NCBI GenBank assembly: GCA_964019425.1
Contig: OZ025789.1
Coordinates: forward strand, 1,116,001-1,180,000
Direction of reading: 5' to 3'
DNA length: 64,000 bases
From: Flectonema sp. DT1601
Lineage: Eukaryota
Positions 59,375 through 64,000 of this stretch are shown piece by piece. The stretch's first letter is position 1. The number at the start of each line of letters is the position of its first letter. Made by a program: the position numbers and the translations under genes. Under the pieces are notes generated by a model. It saw nothing but the letters and a program-made list of their open reading frames with translations. It was not told the DNA's origin and did not search any database.

Positions 59375-60928
59375 ATGTCATACTCGCCACGTCTCTACTC
59401 TGGAAGCTTGAGTCCAACAGCTGTTGTTGTTAATGATCCCACCCATACTGTTCTTAGACACAGTTATGCAGCCAATGAAGTTGCTGCTCGTGCTGGGTCT
59501 GTTGAGGCGTCAACAAGGGCAGGTGTTTTAGCTGGCCACGCATCGGCTGCAACAGCAGCAGCATCCATATCACGCGCTGAAACTATCGCTCAGTCGGGTA
59601 GAACAGCTCTCCAGGGAAGATATGCTGCCGATGCTACTGCCAGGGAGCGGTCCGCAGCAATTGCTGCTGGCATCTCTGCCAGTACAACCTCAGTAGCCGG
59701 TCACAACTATTCGATGCGCTCAGCTGAGTACCGCGGTGCTGAGGGAGCACTGGTTGCTGCTGAGTCTGTTTTGAGTACCAAAGCATTTCAAAGAGAACAC
59801 GCTGGTAGAAGAACCGCCGAGAGAGAAGCTAACTTGGCAGCGTCAGCAGTCAGAGCAACTTCACTTGGAGCCGTAAGAGATGGGAGAGCTGTTGATGCTT
59901 CTGTCTCAGGTGCCAGAGCTGTTGCTGCGGGGGAGGATGCTGCTAATGCTAGAGCTACAGAGAGAGCTGCTGGAATGTTGTCGCACGAAGCATCTGTTGC
60001 GTCTGCGGCGTCAAAGTCTCGGGCGTCTGCTGCTGAACTCGAAGCAGCGGCACTCGAGAGGAGGAGGGCTGAAGTCGCTGCCACCGCCGCGCAGGCAACC
60101 GCAGCTGCACGAGAAGCCGCAGCTGCTGAGAGGGCAGCGAGTCAGGCACTCGCTCTCGCTGGACGAGACGCTGATACTGCGAGAGCCAATGCTGCGACCG
60201 CGAGAGCCGACGCAGCAGCAGTCGAAGAGCGGGCCAGAGCAAGAGCTCTCCAATATGGCGCTACTCAAGTTGAAGCTGAAGCAGCAGGAAGACGTGCTGC
60301 TGCAGAATCCGCTAACGCTACGAATGCGTCATCCCTATTGTCACTAGCTGATAGAGATGTTAATGTTGCTGCTGCTGAGGCTTCAGTTGCTGCGAGAGAT
60401 TCCGCTACCGCGAGAGCCGAACTTGCTGCTCGCACAGCTGACGAAGGACTGGCCAGAGGTCAGGTTGCTGTAGCTCACGGTTCTTTGAGAAGAAGTGGAA
60501 GAGACTTGAATGTTGCCAACACTGCCTACGTTCGAGCCACTAGTCAGGAGGCTGTAGCTCGTGGAGCTCATGCAGGCGCTGTGACTCACGCTTCTATTGA
60601 GAGAACAAGACATTTCCAAGAAGAGTCAGCCCTCGCTGCTGCTAGTGTCAGAGAAGGACTTGCTATTTCAGCTGAAGCAGGTGCACACGCATCCGCTAGA
60701 CTTGCTGGATATGATGCGACCAGAGCAGCTACTGTAGCACACAGCGCTTCTGTTACGAGAGCTGTTCATGATGCTAGTCCGAGAAGAACTGTTGCCTACG
60801 TTGATCCACTTTCTCCTGCGAGTTCTATTCTGGCTTCCTCTGTTGGATCTCCTCTGGGACGTAGGAGAAACCCAATACTCGATGCGAAGTTGTCAGCTTT
60901 AGGGTCACCTGTTGCTCGCTATTACTAA
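59375..60928 (+). CDS. Ala/Arg-rich helical hypothetical protein
   Basis: 517-aa ORF from the ATG at 59375 with strongly biased composition. Confidence 0.75.
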   Translation: MSYSPRLYSGSLSPTAVVVNDPTHTVLRHSYAANEVAARAGSVEASTRAGVLAGHASAATAAASISRAETIAQSGRTALQGRYAADATARERSAAIAAGISASTTSVAGHNYSMRSAEYRGAEGALVAAESVLSTKAFQREHAGRRTAEREANLAASAVRATSLGAVRDGRAVDASVSGARAVAAGEDAANARATERAAGMLSHEASVASAASKSRASAAELEAAALERRRAEVAATAAQATAAAREAAAAERAASQALALAGRDADTARANAATARADAAAVEERARARALQYGATQVEAEAAGRRAAAESANATNASSLLSLADRDVNVAAAEASVAARDSATARAELAARTADEGLARGQVAVAHGSLRRSGRDLNVANTAYVRATSQEAVARGAHAGAVTHASIERTRHFQEESALAAASVREGLAISAEAGAHASARLAGYDATRAATVAHSASVTRAVHDASPRRTVAYVDPLSPASSILASSVGSPLGRRRNPILDAKLSALGSPVARYY

Positions 60929-61135
60929 AAATAAAACTGTTCTTTTGTACTCGAAACCTGTATTCTAATTCTTAAGAAACCACATCAACGCTTACCGCGG
61001 CTAAAAAAAAAGAATCCGTCCTCGACGATGTATTGTATTTGTATTTCTTACCTCTCCTGTTGTTGTTTACTGTTAAATGACTACTTTTTATGATATCTCT
61101 TCACACCCCTTTAGGTAACATAAAAAAAAGAACAG

Positions 61136-62464
61136 ATGATTAAACAAGTCATCATTGTAGGTGTAGTGTTTGCTATTCTATGTTATATAATAACAAATTC
61201 AGAAGCAGCTGAAGCGCTTGGATATCAACATGAAACCTGTACAGAGAGATGGAAGTTAGGAGACGTAAAGAAGGAGATTAGTGGAGTTGGTAAGAAAGTT
61301 CTTGTGACAGGAGCAGCTGGGTTTATTGGATCTCATGTAGCAGAGCATTGTCTTAAATTAGGAATGGAAGTAGTTGGCATCGATGATCTCTCTGGAGGCT
61401 TTCCTGAAAACGTCCCAACCGGAGTCGACTTCTACAAAGTCGATATCAAAGATCAGGTTGCTGTTGATAAATTATTTGAAAAACATCCAAAATTTGATTT
61501 CATTTATCACCTTGCTGCATACGCTGCTGAGGGTCTATCGCATTTTGTTAGATCATACAATTACAGAAATAATCTCGTAGGGGGGATCGAACTTCTCAAT
61601 CACGCGATAAAACGCGATACTACCGTATTCATATTCACTTCAAGTATTGCGGCATATGGATCTGGAGAGCCAGGACAAGTCTTTACTGAAGATGTTAAGC
61701 CAAACCCAGAAGATCCGTATGGTGTGTCAAAGTACGCATTTGAATTAGATTTGAGGGCTGCTCATGATATGTTTAAGATGAATTATATTATCTTCAGACC
61801 TCATAATGTTTACGGTCCTCGTCAGAATATTGCTGATCGTTACAGAAATGTAATTGGTATCTTCATGAATAATCTACTTAATGGTAAGGCTATGACTATA
61901 TTCGGAGATGGACAACAGACTCGTTGCTTCTCATACATTGCTGATGTTGCTCCAATTATCGCAAAGTCACCTTTGATACCTGGAGTCTACAATCATGCTT
62001 TCAATATCGGAAGTGACATCCCTGAGAGTCTTCAGACCCTGGCAGAGTATGTTGGAGAGGTGATGGATGCCCCTAGTGGTCTTAAAAAAGCTGTTAATCT
62101 TCCCCCTAGACTTGAGGTAAATCATGCTGAAGCCTCTCACAACAAACTACTTTGCGCATTTCAGCACCACAACGTCACTGGTTTGAAAAAAGGACTTAAA
62201 TTAACAGCGGATTGGGTAAAAAAGTCTACGGGGTTTAACCCGGTTGAGTTTTCAGCTGTTGAGGTTTGTTTTTTTTTTCTTGTTGTTTCTTCTTATGGCT
62301 GTAATCATGAGGAGAACAAAATAAAATAATAAAAACAGATCAAGCGACAGATGCCCCAATCGTGGGTCACCCCTGAGCTAAAAGAAGCCTCATTTATTGT
62401 ACACACTCACTTGGACAATAAAAGGCTATCGCCAGAAGACGTCAATGGCTTAAAGTCTTTTTAA
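61136..62464 (+). CDS. NAD-dependent NDP-sugar epimerase/dehydratase (extended SDR) with N-terminal anchor. Exons 61136..62263, 62339..62464
   Basis: TGAAGFIGS, YGVSK (YxxxK), HNVYGPRQ and IFGDGQQTRCFSY. Confidence 0.9.
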
Positions 62465-62604
62465 GATGTCAGACGGGAACTGGGTCATCCCTTTCGACTT
62501 CAGCGAAGAAATTATCTGCAATGCTGATTGTGTACCGAAGTTAGTATTTCACTTCCATATCCGACGCCCGTTTCAACGGAGCGAATCTTATAATTTGAAA
62601 GTGA

Positions 62605-62637
<33 letters not shown>

Positions 62638-63611
62638 TATCAATATAGTCGGAGACGAAACTATTTAGATGAATGTTGACATTTCTTACAATTATAAGAT
62701 TCCGTCTGCTTTCAGCGGAATAAAAAGCTAATCTGAATAGTTCTTGTACCTACATTCTTATTGTTCAGTTGACAGAGAGAATCGTGTCAATGTAACCGTC
62801 CTATTCTTTTATTAGGTCTTTGCACACGTTACTCACTAAAAAAAACAAAAAAGCGTGAGTAATAAAGTGAATCTAGCTGAGCCTTAAAGGGAAGCTAACT
62901 GATTATTCTTTTCCTCATTTTTTTTTTTTTTTTTTTTTTTGTTCTATTTTGAAAGCGAAACGAGACAAAAAAAAAAAAAAAAAATAGACGTACCTAACAG
63001 TGTCTTGCCGCATCCATAAAATATACAAAGTGGATATTTGGAAAAAAAAACACTGAAAACAATAAATAACAAACACGCTAAAACTTTGAAGCGAAGTTGG
63101 ATGTGTTTATTGGTGCCGATATTTTTCTGTTTTATTATTATTATTAATTACATGAACGTGATTTCATTTTTTACATACGTTTTCTTTTCTAAATCAAAGA
63201 ATGTAATTAAGCCGAAAGAGACTTAAGTACCATTCGATAACAATAGAAAAGCTACACCGCACAAAAAAAAAAAAAAAAAAAAGCAATTATAACTTAAGTT
63301 CTGATTATTTATTATTTTTTTTAAAAATTCGGAGAGTAAAGTTCTAATAAGATGAGAATTACTAAATTGAAAAAAAAAAAAAAAAAAAAAAAACACGTTG
63401 CGAGGCTATTACTATTATATTTTATAAGACAGGAAAAATCCACAACAATCTCCGGCTTATCTTGGGTAGCAACCAAAAAAAAAAGGGGGAAAGGATAACT
63501 TTACAAGGTTTTATTAAATACATCTCAGGAAAAATTTCAGTTTTTTTATCCCATTCTTTTTTTTAGAAACGGTGGAGAAGTGGCGGAGTGATTTACCGCA
63601 TAAAAAACTAA

Positions 63612-64000
63612 ATGTCGGAGGGAGGGAGAAAGGTCTTCATGGAGGAGAGAACGTCTTCTCTGCTGTCGATAACACACAGCGAGATCCAAAACTATGGAAC
63701 CATGGTAGATAAACAACTCTTAAACACAGCTGACGGATCTGACGACAGCGATGGAGGACTCTACGATACTGCTCGTCCTCAAGGTAATGTTTGGTTGAGA
63801 TGGATAGCAACTGCTGCTGCTGCAAGCACCTTTATGCGGGTAGACGTCTTCTCACTGTTGAATTTAATTGTTTGTGGTGTCTTAACTAAATACGTACCTC
63901 AGAGAAGACCTCCGCGGATACCATTTTCTATAACTGTAGTGTCGTCGTTGATACCAATTATTTCGATGGGGATTACTATTTATACATTACCAATAGTTTC
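63612..64000 (+). CDS. 3'-truncated membrane protein (N-terminus only)
   Basis: The frame from ATG 63612 (MSEGGRKVF...) is open to the window end with hydrophobic segments. It is absent from the ORF track because no stop is reached. Confidence 0.65.
   Translation, partial: MSEGGRKVFMEERTSSLLSITHSEIQNYGTMVDKQLLNTADGSDDSDGGLYDTARPQGNVWLRWIATAAAASTFMRVDVFSLLNLIVCGVLTKYVPQRRPPRIPFSITVVSSLIPIISMGITIYTLPIV

Noticed and set aside
63780..63900. Piezo-like N-terminus
   Set aside because: Only a loose R-x4-SL-x2-L resemblance in a truncated ORF, which is insufficient.

Overview
Eukaryotic, AT-rich window from a flagellated protist. It is most consistent with Euglenozoa, probably a diplonemid; this is an inference from the gene organisation and gene content, not a database result. 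About 25 protein genes lie head-to-tail on the + strand like a polycistronic unit, and several carry GT-AG introns that the ORF track misses. Recognisable genes are a modular EGF/mucin (PTAV-repeat) surface protein, two identical tandem Argonaute/PIWI genes with RGG N-termini, a sterol-glucosyltransferase-like GT1, a DnaJ protein, an FYV7/TAP26-like protein, two TMEM198-like paralogues, RPN5, a SUMF2-like protein, a double-SH3 protein, IFT57, a 2OG-Fe(II) oxygenase, a TOM1-like VHS-GAT protein and an NDP-sugar epimerase. The four introns longer than 1 kb all contain inserted material: an antisense CRE/SLACS-like retrotransposon fragment, a second decayed antisense element, an antisense tRNA-Ser(CGA) with a divergent candidate structured ncRNA, and a ~34-copy 159-bp satellite. 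The satellite monomer matches a segment of the intronic retrotransposon that is bounded by a 10-bp direct repeat. All spliced gene models and motif matches were derived by eye and need RNA-seq or HMM confirmation.
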